A DNA stretch of 64,000 nucleotides from Bugula neritina. Its lineage: Eukaryota > Animalia > Bryozoa. Shown in pieces: positions 1 through 47,630 of the stretch. A program made the translations under genes and the position numbers. Numbering within the stretch: position 1 is the first letter of the stretch; each line of letters begins with the position of its first letter. The notes under the pieces were generated by a model. That model had not been told where the DNA came from. It worked only from the letters and a program-made list of their open reading frames with translations, and did no database searches. The stretch is taken from NCBI GenBank assembly GCA_964035545.1, contig OZ037767.1, forward strand, positions 13,253,801 through 13,317,800, read 5' to 3'.

Positions 1-34831
<34,831 letters not shown>

Positions 34832-35255
34832 CTTTTAGTGGCAAGAGACTAAGCTATCTCCTAGAATGCGACTACCATTTCGTAATCTAGAATATACAAA
34901 GTGATACTTTTTATCTGGACATTAATCAGCATAATTTCTAGTTTATAACTTATAAACATGAGGGCTATAAAAATGCAAAAAACTGCATAGCACAGACATT
35001 GTGAGGGTACATCAGAATGTCTTTTATGGTCCTCTAAAACATAGGTTAAAGTAATGTATATTTTCAATGACAGTGTCTTGTGAAGTCACTTCAAAGATTA
35101 AGATCATAAAATTTAGTATTAAACAGTGAAAGAAATATAATCACATAGAATTTCAAATACAATGAGGATGTATGAAGTTTGGTAATACATAACATATAGT
35201 ATTTCAATTTTCAACTTTGCTGCATTTAATTGCATAACAAATAACTGATATATAT

Positions 35256-35513
35256 ATTACAAGCGTATTACATTTTATTACTTAAAAGTTTCAAATTTAT
35301 GATACATGACCCATCGGCCCTTGGCTATTCTTTTGATGGATTGCGTAATAAATACATATTGTATTATACTATATTATATTATATATATATATATATAATT
35401 TATGCAATAATATGTATTGATTACACAATCCATCAAAAGAATAGCCAAGGGCCGATGGGTCATGTATCATAAATTTCAAACCTCTAAGTAATAAAATGTA
35501 ATAGGCTGGTAAT
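35256..35513. repeat. Long near-perfect inverted repeat (foldback) with (AT)n spacer
   Basis: About 105-bp arms including a perfectly complementary core aaatttatgatacatgacccatcggcccttggctattcttttgatggattg. Confidence 0.9.
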
Positions 35514-35854
35514 TTCCATCATTTCGAGGTTCAGCAACAGGTGGTCTACTCAAATGAAGTGCTAGTAAGAAAATATTCATTTATATAGTAGTATCTGATC
35601 AGGAGTATTTGTTGTACTCCTGCACTCAATATACATAAGCATACAATAACTCAAGAGTCAAAGCCTAATTGAAGTCATCAAATCTATGCATATATCTCTA
35701 CAAAAATAGAAATATAAAACAATAGTGCATATAAATTGGACCTCAAATGAAAAACTGAAATTTTGAACTTATCAAGTATGACAATAATATACCTGCACTA
35801 ATTTTTTGCTTTACTTACGCTAAATAGGTTTTAGTTATATTGAAATAAAGTTAC

Positions 35855-35946
35855 CTGAAATCAGTATTGCTGAAAGGTATTCTGTTGTATTCCTTATTGA
35901 TGATGGAATTTCGAAATTTCACCGTTTAATAACATTAACAATGGTT
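35855..35946 (-). other. Candidate 5'-UTR exon of the AHNAK-like gene
   Basis: ctatttacag| acceptor and CAG|gtaact donor; contains a short upstream ORF; no transcript evidence. Confidence 0.4.
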
Positions 35947-38900
35947 CTGTAAATAGACAATAAATGCTATAGTCAAGTGATGCTTTAATTTAATAATGAG
36001 AGGTGGTTGAGTGCAGAATGTAAAGGAGAGCTCCTATTTCAGACTATATAATTTTTTCTCAGACTACACAATTCTTCACTATATATTAAAAAGTGCAGTT
36101 CTTGCTAAGTGCACAATGTAAAGGAGAACTATATAAATCTTAGAATATATAAGATGATGTAATCACACTCAATAATCATAACTTTACTGCCACTTCTTGA
36201 AAATTAGGATCACTTGAGTCAAGAGGGACTTAAAGATTAATTATATCTTTATTGTTGTTTTATTGTCGTATAATGCAAAGCATGTAATGCCTCGGTCACT
36301 GCTGCAACATTAATAGAGGTTTAAATTTTGAGTCTGTTAAGCTTGAGCATAACTAACTGGTCATAAAATAGCCCATGAGTATATGTAATGTCATTTAACA
36401 TTGCTGAGCATTTAAAGCGACACCCGCATTGAGTGTAACAATAGTTACAGACATCTAAAACATTCTTATGATCATTCAAAAATAAAATAAACAAATGCAA
36501 ATAATGATTTTTACCCAAAAAATACTGAAGTCAAATGTTAGCTGATCTTTCAATCTAGCAATTACTGCTGTTATCTTTTAATATCAAATTAGAATATGAT
36601 ATGTTACATTAAAATAGGATATGCCGAAGGGCGAGGGTGGGGCAATAAGTTATCAATTTTACAACATGAACTCTGTATTCTACATAGATGCTGATATTTG
36701 TAAAGCATAGCCACCCAGTCCTATTTAGGCTGACTAATAACTTAGCCATCACGTATGCTCGGGATAGGTTTTATGGTAAAGCATCTGCAAAAATACTGCA
36801 GATAAGCTGGTACCTTCAGAATAATTGAGATATTATAACAATTGCAATAACTTCAGGGCGGTGAGCATGACACCCCTCCCTTTATTTGAAATTGTGGTCA
36901 CTAAATTAGCTCTGAGGCAGCCTACATTAGTGGGGCTATAGTGTGTATACTATGCATTAAATGTCAAATTGATGGAATAAAAAGTGAGATGTAATACAAT
37001 AGATAACATAATGATATATGAGCAGTAAAGTGCAAGTGCTGCATAGCTTCATACCATCTGAACTATACTCAATCTAGTCTGCATGTCAAACACTAATTCA
37101 TATAGCACAGGCAAATAAGTGTGTTCTTATGTTGCTTTCTGTCGAATAGCTATATATTCATGCATGCGTAACGTACAGCATGTAATGCATTGATAAAGTG
37201 CAATTTGTCCTATCATATGGTGTAATACATTTTAACAATACATAAGCAGAATGCTATATGTAAATAGTACATATATACACTCCAAGCCTAGCATTGCATT
37301 AATTTTAATGACCTAATGACATGCAATTAAAATTTTAAAAAGGTGACCATGTTTTGAGTGACAAGTGACAACTTTTTGAATGCTTTTTAGGTTCTGAATC
37401 TACCTGCGTAAGTGGGCGTCTAGGAATGCAGTGTGCATGCTGTGTAATCAGTTGCTTTCCTAAGCATTATTTAGTGAAAACCTTTATACCAAATATAGAT
37501 AGGAACAACCACTTTAAACTTACATGTGAACATGCCATGTTGCTACATGAAGCGGCCATGTTGCTACATGAAGCGGCCATGTTGGAACATGTATATGAAA
37601 CATGATAGTCTGGTGGCTCATATTATGCAGACTGTACACTAAACAACAGGTGCTATGTGTTATGGTGGGCTTTGTAAAATCTCACACTGCATAGCATTTA
37701 TAATTGCATGGAATCTGATATCATAACAACTATATATCATTACAGGATATTAAATAAAAGCTTCACATCAATTATCTAAGTTCATCATAGGTAAAGAGTA
37801 AAGATATTTAGTTACATTATTACCAGAAGTTGTCTACACACTGTGCATTTACTGAACCACCCACACAAGTTTATATCCATGTATTTGATTTATTTTCTAG
37901 ATTTTTAACTAGATAAGCTTATACTTAATATGTTCCAGTCTGCTGTAATAGACAAGTAAAAAGATTTGAATCAAACTAGAAGATACTTTATTGTACATTA
38001 TTGGGGTGTTTAAGTGAAGTCAAGTGCAATATAAAAGTTTTCCCAGTTAGCCTTAAAAACTTAGAGAACTAATGCATGGCTGCAGTAGGAGAGCCCTAAC
38101 CTCTGTGTGACTAGATTATATTAGTTATGTAAAACTATGGCTATGCTAGATTAGAACTACAGACAGAGCAGTAAAAACTAGCCAACTGTTGACCACCTGC
38201 TTGCAGACGGTACAGGTTTTATTTACACTGCAAGCACTTGGTTGCATGTTGCCCTACTTCGTCTGCAAGTGTCAAGGTTAACTAATTATCAGCTTCATAT
38301 ATGGTGCTTATCCAGCTCCTCTCAAATTAGTATGTAAGAACAGTATGAGTATCAGCATTGTATAAAATACAACTGGCTGCATGAATAACAGCAGTAAATG
38401 TTTCATACAGTTTAATTTGATTAGATGGATTTATTTGATTGCAGTAAGTTACAATTATTGCATCTAACTAATTGCGTTAAACTCAATGAAATATTTTACA
38501 ATTTCTTATCAAAAGCAGTGGGTGAATCAAGCATTCTATATAAATTATAAAAATGAGACCTTGGCAACTTTCTTGAAGGAAAAATTGGAACTTTTCTGTA
38601 TTTAATTATTTTTAATTGAATTTCAAAATTTGTTGTTTCTTGGGAATTGCTTAGTTCTTATGATATAATTGTTTCTTGGAAACAAAATGCACAAAATTAT
38701 GCCAATAAATTGAAAGAAAACCTAAAACTAAAAATCTTAGGCTATAAATAGTGTAGTCAGTAGTTTAATTCTATTTCACAATTCCTTACAAACATTACTT
38801 AGAATTAGCAAGGTTAATTAACTCCATGCTAGTATTTTAAGGGTGGAGACAGTATTATAGAGGCAGTGACCTTTTAATAGCTTAGATTTCTTGAGTAGTT

Positions 38901-39238
38901 TTTGTTAAAAGAACATTAAAGTTAAATTGTATCAAAAATGAATGTACAAGTAAAAACCACTTTAACTAAGAATTTTTCATATGAATACAAGAGTTTTTGT
39001 CCATTGCAAATGCTGTGTTTATAATTTTACCCAATTAAAGTTGAAAGATAAACTATTGAAGTCCGGAATAATGCTCAAAAGCTATCTGTAAATGTTAATA
39101 GGAAACACCTCAATCTACTATATAATTATGAAAAACTTAAAGTTAATCTAATAAATTTTGCAATATAAATAAACAGCATTAGAATAAATTAATTGATAAT
39201 TAATGACAAACTATAGAAATAAAAAGTAAATAACTTAC

Positions 39239-39290
39239 TGGATGATTTGTGTTGCAAACACCACACACTGTGAAAACTTGTAGTGAAATG
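39239..39290 (-). other. Candidate non-coding first exon of the AHNAK-like gene
   Basis: Strong |gtaagt donor next to an AT-rich tract; 5' boundary approximate. Confidence 0.25.
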
Positions 39291-40515
39291 TTATAATGTG
39301 GAGTTATGCGCATCAATAAATATCTTGTATGTATGACACACTGCATTATACATTACAGCCAGGGTTACACTGCCAATGATATGGTGGGTGGAACAAATGG
39401 GAGTGTAGGGCATATTTTCTCACTAATGGAGGTAGTAAGGAATTTTTTAGATACGCTGTTGAATTTAGTAAATGATATCAAATAACAGCGACATTCCTAG
39501 TTGACAATGTTTATATAATATGTCAGAAGAGTCATAAATGAGAATATTTACAAAGATATCTTAGCATCCCAGCTGCTGTACTCATTGTTCAACAACTGTG
39601 AACATTCTTACTCTATAAATTTTTGATGGTAAAAAATTAAATAACATGAAAGTTGCAACATCTATTCTTGTTTTACTTGGCAGCCGTGAATTTCTAGACT
39701 TTGAAGGTGCTGTATGGAGAGGAGAACCTTACAGATAAAAAGCTAGCCGACATAACTACATTATAACCAGCTGGGCATGAGTTTTGGTCATTTCTAAATG
39801 AGGTTGAAACTCAATAGTGGAAGATAGAAAGGGAGAATACTCTTCTCCAATACATAACAATCTTATAGCTAACGTACTTCTAGCATTTTCAATTTCAACA
39901 CTTTCAATAATAACCAACAAAAGGTTATATTGAAAACATATTTAATAAGCAATAATCCATTGGGAGTTGTTTTCTATGGAAGGGAGAAATTAAACTTTCC
40001 TACCTGCATAGAGTAAAATACTATAATATTGTGCCTAACCAATTAGAAATAGCATCTCAGTGATTGTACCTTACAGAATTACAATGTTTCATGTAGTACA
40101 AAACGTGAATACACTCAACAGGCTGAGGCCAACATGTGAGTTTGCAAACAGTTGCAGCGTTAAAATTCTGGCATACAGTAATGATATTGTCTGCAGTTAA
40201 TATCAGAACTTAAAGCCAACTGTTTGAAGCTGGTATTCGCTCCTTTTGCCAGGCTGTAGCTCTGCATTTTCATTCACATTCCTATCAGTCAACTAAAAAG
40301 TCTTTTGATCATAAATTATGAATGATAAACTTAACATATGCCACTGGCTGCTACAGTGCTGTGTCTATCCCTATAACAGCTCAAGTTGAATGAAGCAATA
40401 AGGTTCAACTTATCAGCCTATTGATGATGATCAAACTCTTAGAGTGCAGTCACTCACCTACACTGATTTTTCTGACACTGACCTATATAGGAATGTACAG
40501 TTGTGTGACTAAGAA

Positions 40516-40831
40516 CACAGTCACATGACACAATGCATAGTCACATGACACAGTACATAGTCACATGACACAGTACATAGTCACATGACACAGTACACAG
40601 TCACATGACACAGTACACAGTCACATGACACAGTACATAGCCACATGACACAATGCATAGTCACATAACACAGTACATAGTCCATGACGCAGTACATAGT
40701 CACATGACACAATGCATAGTCACATGACACAGTACATAGTCACATGACACAATGCATAGTCACATGACACAGTACATAGTCACATGACACAATGCATAAT
40801 CACATGACACAGTACATAGTCACATGACACA
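40516..40831. repeat. 20-bp minisatellite (gtcacatgacacagtacata)16
   Basis: 16 units, 12 with exact GTCACATGAC. Confidence 0.95.
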
Positions 40832-43564
40832 AGTTTGATTGATAGTACAGTGATGCAAAGCTTACAAGAGAACACCGAGATCTTTAAAAATATTTTTTCA
40901 CATTCCAATATTCTTTGTACGATTCCCTAATTCAAGTGACCTTGTGTATAGTTGCATCCTAAGAAGCTAAATAGTAAAGGCTGGTTTGCAGGTATACAGT
41001 ATACACAGTCACAAATTTTGCTAGCATTTCTGCAAGGTTGATATTTATATATAACTTCTGGGCCTATGGTAACATGTTTCCTAATGTATGTAGGTTTATA
41101 TGAAAGTTTAAATACCATGTTTATACACATACAAACTTAGTTGATAAAGAACTATTTAGTAGCCACTTTTAACATCCCATTTCTAATTAAGATGTACTAA
41201 CCTATGAAAAGAAGACTCATTCACATATAAAAATGAGTTATAAGAAGGGAGAAAATATGTGACCTAGAAAAAGGAGGCATGACCTATATCATGATTACAA
41301 AGGTATGAACTGCATTTTACAAAGATGTAGGTGCAACAAGTATGCCTCTCAGTTTACAACTCAAACTTATTCACCCTTCACAGAATTTTGTTCACACCAC
41401 CTGGTTTCTTTTAGAACAAAAGCCTTAACTTGTCAGACCAGAAAAATAGTTTTTGTGTTGTGCAGTGTTATATAAAACTAGGTAAAGCTATCAAATAAAC
41501 CACTTTTAGTCCAGTGTATAAAAATTACTTTCTATCAGGAAATTAGGAACTTATATATTGGTAAACACACAATGAGATTTCCAATTGAAGGTAGAGATTC
41601 AATAACCATTTAACAGATGTGCACAACAAAGCCAATATTAGATTCAAATTAAGTTAATTACAGTAAAAATGCTCTTCTAGTGTCTTTGCCATGGCCGCAA
41701 AAAGTCAAAAATATATAATAGGAAATCCGGAACGGTATAAACTACGATAGAATTTTTTTTCCAACCCAAAACGAATACATGCATCATGTGATGGCTGATG
41801 CTCAAGTGGCTATGTTCAGGTATTTTAGCTCCTTGGGTGTTTCAATCCTAGCATGGGCTAATGATTCCTTTAATGCATGATAGAACATAAAGTAGTGTAA
41901 GGACTATCTAAATTGTACATATTTATATCAAATCACATCGTTATTATGCTGTACGCACCAAACTCTAAAGTATAAAACATATGCACTATTTTACAATACC
42001 TTCAAATCTTTGTTGTGAGCTCACTATATACAAGTTACAAAAACTTACTATTAAAATATGCTGTTCACAAATAACACACGGATATCAAACATATGAATTT
42101 GAAACAGTACCTAATTTTTCAGGTTCACATGAGGCTTTTTGGGAAAAATACAACTGCACGGTAATACTACCTTACATATCAGGCTTAAGTTTCCACAGCT
42201 GAATTCATATATTACTTAACTTATATGTCAAAATGTAAATGCAATCGTTCAATCCTTCAACCAGCAACTTTTAGGTAATTTTTTATCAGTCTAATTGTCA
42301 CAATTACCCAAAATAGAATATGTTAGAGTATATGATGGTATACTATGGATACTGACCTGTAATGTAACACACCATAGAGGAAATAATAACCTCTGCACAA
42401 AGCAACTAGCCAGCGAGTGTGTAATCTGCAATGGCTATCTTTTATCTCACTAACAAAAGACACAAAGTCATGAAAACATTTGCGTTAAAGAAAAGGAATA
42501 TCCCTTGACAATATCTGTTATATAAACCACTATTAAAATTTAAACAAAAAGCACGTAGGTAGTTGAACTGCTTTTTTTGAAAATGCAACTAAAAGTTTAA
42601 AAGCCTATAGAATGTAGGGTTGTGAGAAACTTGTCATAGCTTTAGAGGCTTATAAATATAATTTTAGTGACATTGAAATTAAATCCCAAGTTAGAGAATT
42701 GAAGAAGCTCAGGCTAAAGGATGGGAAGAGGGTTATCATATTGTTGCACTTGATAGGTGTGAAATAATAGCCCAAGACATTCAAGGCTAACAAGCTAATG
42801 GCCTGGCGAGTATTTGACTTGACTGTATAATTAGCTATTAAAGTTATGCATTACCAATGTAATTAGCAGGGAATATAGGAAAGGTAAATACCATGAAGTG
42901 TGATTACTAAACATCACACCAAAAGATAGTATTGTGAAAAAAATGTTGCTGGTAGAGTAGGACTGAAGCATTGTGAACATTAACTTGCAGGGTGGGTGCA
43001 GGACACCTACACCCCTACTTACGCATGTTGGGAGTAAGAACCCAGTTACATGTACTTACTAGTATATGCCTATTCAGCTTCAAATAGTGGAGAGTGATTA
43101 TGAAGGCTGAACATAGAACTCTATACTAAGATACTGGAAACAGGCTGCACTCCCCATGATAGACATAGGATATAGGATCTGACTTGTCTTTTTCAATAAA
43201 TTTTGTGTAGCTAGGGCCAGATTTATTGACTTAAACAAATATCATTTTGGTTTACAAGCAGTTCACTATATGTTTCATAGCTGTGTGCATTCTTAGCTGC
43301 AAGATAAATATTCCAAATTTTCAGTATTTGAAAGCATTTCAACAGGAAATCATGTCTAAATATCCCATCTGACGTCTAAGGTTTTATCAGTATCTCACTG
43401 CAATAACAATGATCCGAAGCTGCTTGAGGAGTTGTCTTCTATGAACAGAAACATGAGCAGAGCTGAATGGTGAAAACTATTAGTAGCTAAAATCCACAAT
43501 ACACTGAGTACCATTTTATCAGAAACTGTGTCAATCAAACTATATATAGGAATCGTCATGCGCG

Positions 43565-43952
<388 letters not shown>

Positions 43953-45278
43953 TCATTTGACTCAGTCTGTGTATGATGGCTGTTACAGAGCTTGTGTGCA
44001 TATTTTTACTGTATTGTGTGATGTGACCAAGTGTATGTGTTCAAGCTAGAGGTGTGGTGTATGTGTGTTGAAAGAGAGAATTGATGAACATATTTTGCTA
44101 ATTGAAAGAATTCAAGCACTAAAATATATAAATGGAGTTACAAAGAGGTGATTTGAAATTTGGGAAGTTAAATGTTGTTACCAGCCAGTTAAGATGAGCA
44201 CTGTAATGTGCAAATTCCAACCTTACCAGAACCAGGGAAAACAATATTCATCTACTAACTGGCTTACATTTTAAAATGATTCAGGGAAATGTATGTAGAT
44301 GTATGACAGAACTACTTTTGACTCAAGTCTCAAGTTATACTAAACATGTTAAAGCCCACAATAATATCCCAATTATCTCTTGATTTATGAATCATTAGAT
44401 TCCATCACTTTGTTGTAAGATAAATTCTGAAATATAACATAACATGTAAAAAGATCTTATCCATCATAAATTAACATGGTTCATTATGTGTGGGCGTTAA
44501 GCACATGATTGGATTCCTTTGTCACGAGAATATGTATGGACCATTGCACTATAACTATAATGTTTTAGTTCATTCGTACCCATATATATAACTTTTGATT
44601 AATGACTTGTCTACTCTCTAACTTATACTGACAACTCCAAAAAAAATGACTTTCTTTTTTATCAGTCAAATTCGAAGTACAATATACAATATTTACTGAC
44701 CCTTTGGCATAGTGTGTAAACCTGCATATGATAAAGGAAGGTATTTAATTTAGAAATACTGTAGACAATTTAAAGCATCTACGAACTATCCAACTACTCC
44801 ACTAACATAATGTCATTCAACTACAATACTATTAAGATTATTCTTGCATTCTTGTTGCTTCAACATATCAGGTATACCAGACCACAAACTTGCTAGTGAT
44901 AAAATGGAATCACTATTCTGTATTCAATTCATTAGTAGTCAATGCAATTATAGGGTAACTTACTAAAACTTTATTGCAGTGAAAATAGGATATTCAGCGA
45001 AATAATATCTAGATTCCACATAATATATTTGCACAATATATACAGCCACATAAAACTACAATAAATTCAGTAATTGTATAGGTGGATTTATTACAGATAC
45101 TTTATTCTAAGTCTTACTATGATTCTCAACAATCCCTGTGCCATACCAAAACAGATTAGCTTTCAGTTTGCTAATAAGTTAGTTAATAGTTGTTGGTTAC
45201 TTTTTACACAAGAATAAGTTCTATTTTCTAAAAAATGAATATTTACAGAATGATTTGCAGACCTATTTTCTATCACAC

Positions 45279-45955
45279 TTTGTTTGTTTGTTTGTTTGTT
45301 TTTATTTTGTCGCAGTCGGGAAAAAAATTAATTGAGAAAAAATAAACAAAATGACAGGGCCTATGGCGCAATAGCACTGTAGCTAGTCGAGGCACCGAGC
45401 CATGAATGGTTGACAGTCAGCTTATTATTTTCTGTTGAATAAGATTTTTTTTTAGGTTTTTGGAAAGTTTTAGCAACTCAAAGAGTATTATTTTTTTATC
45501 TGGAAATTTGCCATTAGGTGGTCTCTTAGGGCAAGTTTGAAACCAGCCTTCCTCTCCACAGCACGAATAGAACTAGGCAATTTATTCCATAGCGACGAAC
45601 ATTGGAATTCCACTCTTCGTCGACCTGCAGCAGTTGATGATGGAGGAGTTTGTAGGCTGAACTCTGAAAATCTTGTGGGATAGTTATGTGTGAGATGTGT
45701 TAGTTGAGAGTAGTAAAGTTTATGTGAGAGCAGTATTAGTTTGAATTTGTGTAGAGTGTGAATAGGCATGATTGAAGAACTAAGAAACAGTGGTCTAGAT
45801 GGGGAAAGGTGATGCTTTTTATATATAATTCTCAGTATTTTCTTTTGTAGTAAATGTAATGGTTCAAGATAAATGTTTGTTGTATTACCCCACGATTCTA
45901 GACAATATGTTAATTTAGAATTTACAAAAGAGTTATATAGTTTGAATTGAAGTGT
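45279..45955 (-). mobile_element. 5'-truncated non-LTR retrotransposon (CR1/L2-group LINE): RT C-terminus, 3' UTR and (AAAC)n tail
   Basis: Open frame KLYNSFVNSKLTYCLESWGN...LHLLQKKILRII...SLWNKLPSSIR...FKLALRDHL, stop at 45488; simple-repeat tail at 45279-45305. Confidence 0.85.
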
Positions 45956-46930
45956 TAATAATGGGATGCTATTGAGTATACAGCTACTAAAAGAGCAACG
46001 TCCAGATACAACAAACAGGAAGTGAGAGGTGTTGGTTACATCTAAGCCCGTGGTCCTAATAGACTATAGCCTGTTGCCCTTCAACTTTTTCTAGATTACC
46101 TGCATATACAAAAATACATAATCAATTAAAAACTGTGTTCTATAGGTGAAAGTTTGCCATCATACGAATGAAATCCCATATCAGGTGGCAGTAAAGTGTC
46201 ACAGAGCAAATATTCAACACCAAAGTGTAGAAAACAATGAGCAGTTGCATATCTTACGTAATATTACTAAACTTTTTGCGTAACACAAAAGTAATTTCAC
46301 GCTTAAATTTTGAAAAGTAGCTGTAATTACTAACTTTCTCCGTTAGCTGTAGTTGTTGCTTTCTCATACACGAGTTGGGACGGGGCGACAATGACACTCC
46401 CCCACTGAGTGACTGTGTTCACCACATCTACAAAGTCAAGGCAGTATCAACTAGAGAGAATAAGTAAATCACTTTCCTAAGGTGGTCATAAGAAAATGAT
46501 TAAAATATTATTTTGATGTTGGGTCAATTTACTTATTTTAGTACGCACACGCATGAAACAAAAGCGAAATACTACTTTAACTTATAACTTACATTTATTG
46601 TAAATCTGATATTAAAAAAACTGTCACTAATTTTAGGTCAAACATTGAATCCTAAAGTTTGTTCAAGTAATGGTATTGTATTTTGTATTAAAGTAAATCT
46701 AAAAATTAACTAGGTCCACTATTGCATCATTTTTTAAGCTTCTGTAAATATGACTCATTATAATGGTGAAACAGATAGGATAACTCCCTGTTAGCTATCT
46801 ATACGATGTTACCCCTGCCAATAGGTCAGGAGCATAAAATGTAGCCCCAACACATGTATAGACTTACTTTCAGCAGTTGCTGCTCCGATATCTGAAAGTA
46901 CTCTCTGGCCTAAGGCTATGACAGCTTCTC

Positions 46931-47104
46931 CTACACAACACAACACATATCAGTATTATATAGAGTAGTGTTCTAGTATATTCTACACACAACACAACAC
47001 ATATCAGTATTATATAGGGTAGTGTTCTAGTATATTCTACACAAAACACATAGGCTATATATTAGTATTATATAGAGTAGTGTTCTAGTATATTCTACAC
47101 AAAA
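46931..47104. repeat. About 53-60 bp tandem repeat, 3 copies
   Basis: agtattatatagagtagtgttctagtatattctacac repeated three times. Confidence 0.9.
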
Positions 47105-47362
47105 CAGAAGTATTGAAGATTAAAACTTGTAAACATTTCAGTAATAACGATGAATCTTCAACATAAATACAAAAACACCTAAAATTTCCTAAATAATGCT
47201 AGAAGATTTGATAATAGCAAGACCCTATAAGCATTTTATATTTAACAACTTTTTTCTGCATTTAGTGTATAAGATGTCGCAGTAAGAAAGCTACATCTTT
47301 GGTGCATGAGGTAATATATCACGCATTAGGATGAATCATAAGAACAGTTACTTGTTGGGAGA

Positions 47363-47630
47363 GTGCGGAGTATAATAACAGCAGAAGCACCAACAACTGT
47401 AGCACCAACAACAGAAGCACCAACAACTGTAGCACCAACAACTACAACCGCAGCCCCAACAACTACAACTGCAGCAACCACAACTGCAGCACCAACAACT
47501 GCAGCACTAACAACTGCAGCACTAACAACTGCAGCGCTAACAACTACAGCACTACCAACTGTAGCACCTACAACTACAGCACTACCAACTGTAGCACCAA
47601 CCACTGCAGTCCTAGCAGCACCATCTCAAG
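47363..47630 (+). pseudogene. Short Thr/Ala/Pro-rich mucin-like exon; degenerate paralogue of the 56.6 kb gene (functional status unclear)
   Basis: TEAPTTVAP/TTAAL repeats ending at CAAG|gtatta; intron start resembles that after 62778; in-frame stops upstream and no clean ATG or signal peptide. Candidate downstream exons near 47842-47939 and 48136-48181. Confidence 0.5.

Noticed and set aside
40516-40831. CRISPR-like appearance of the 20-bp and 53-bp arrays
   Set aside because: No unique spacers, no cas genes, eukaryotic context.
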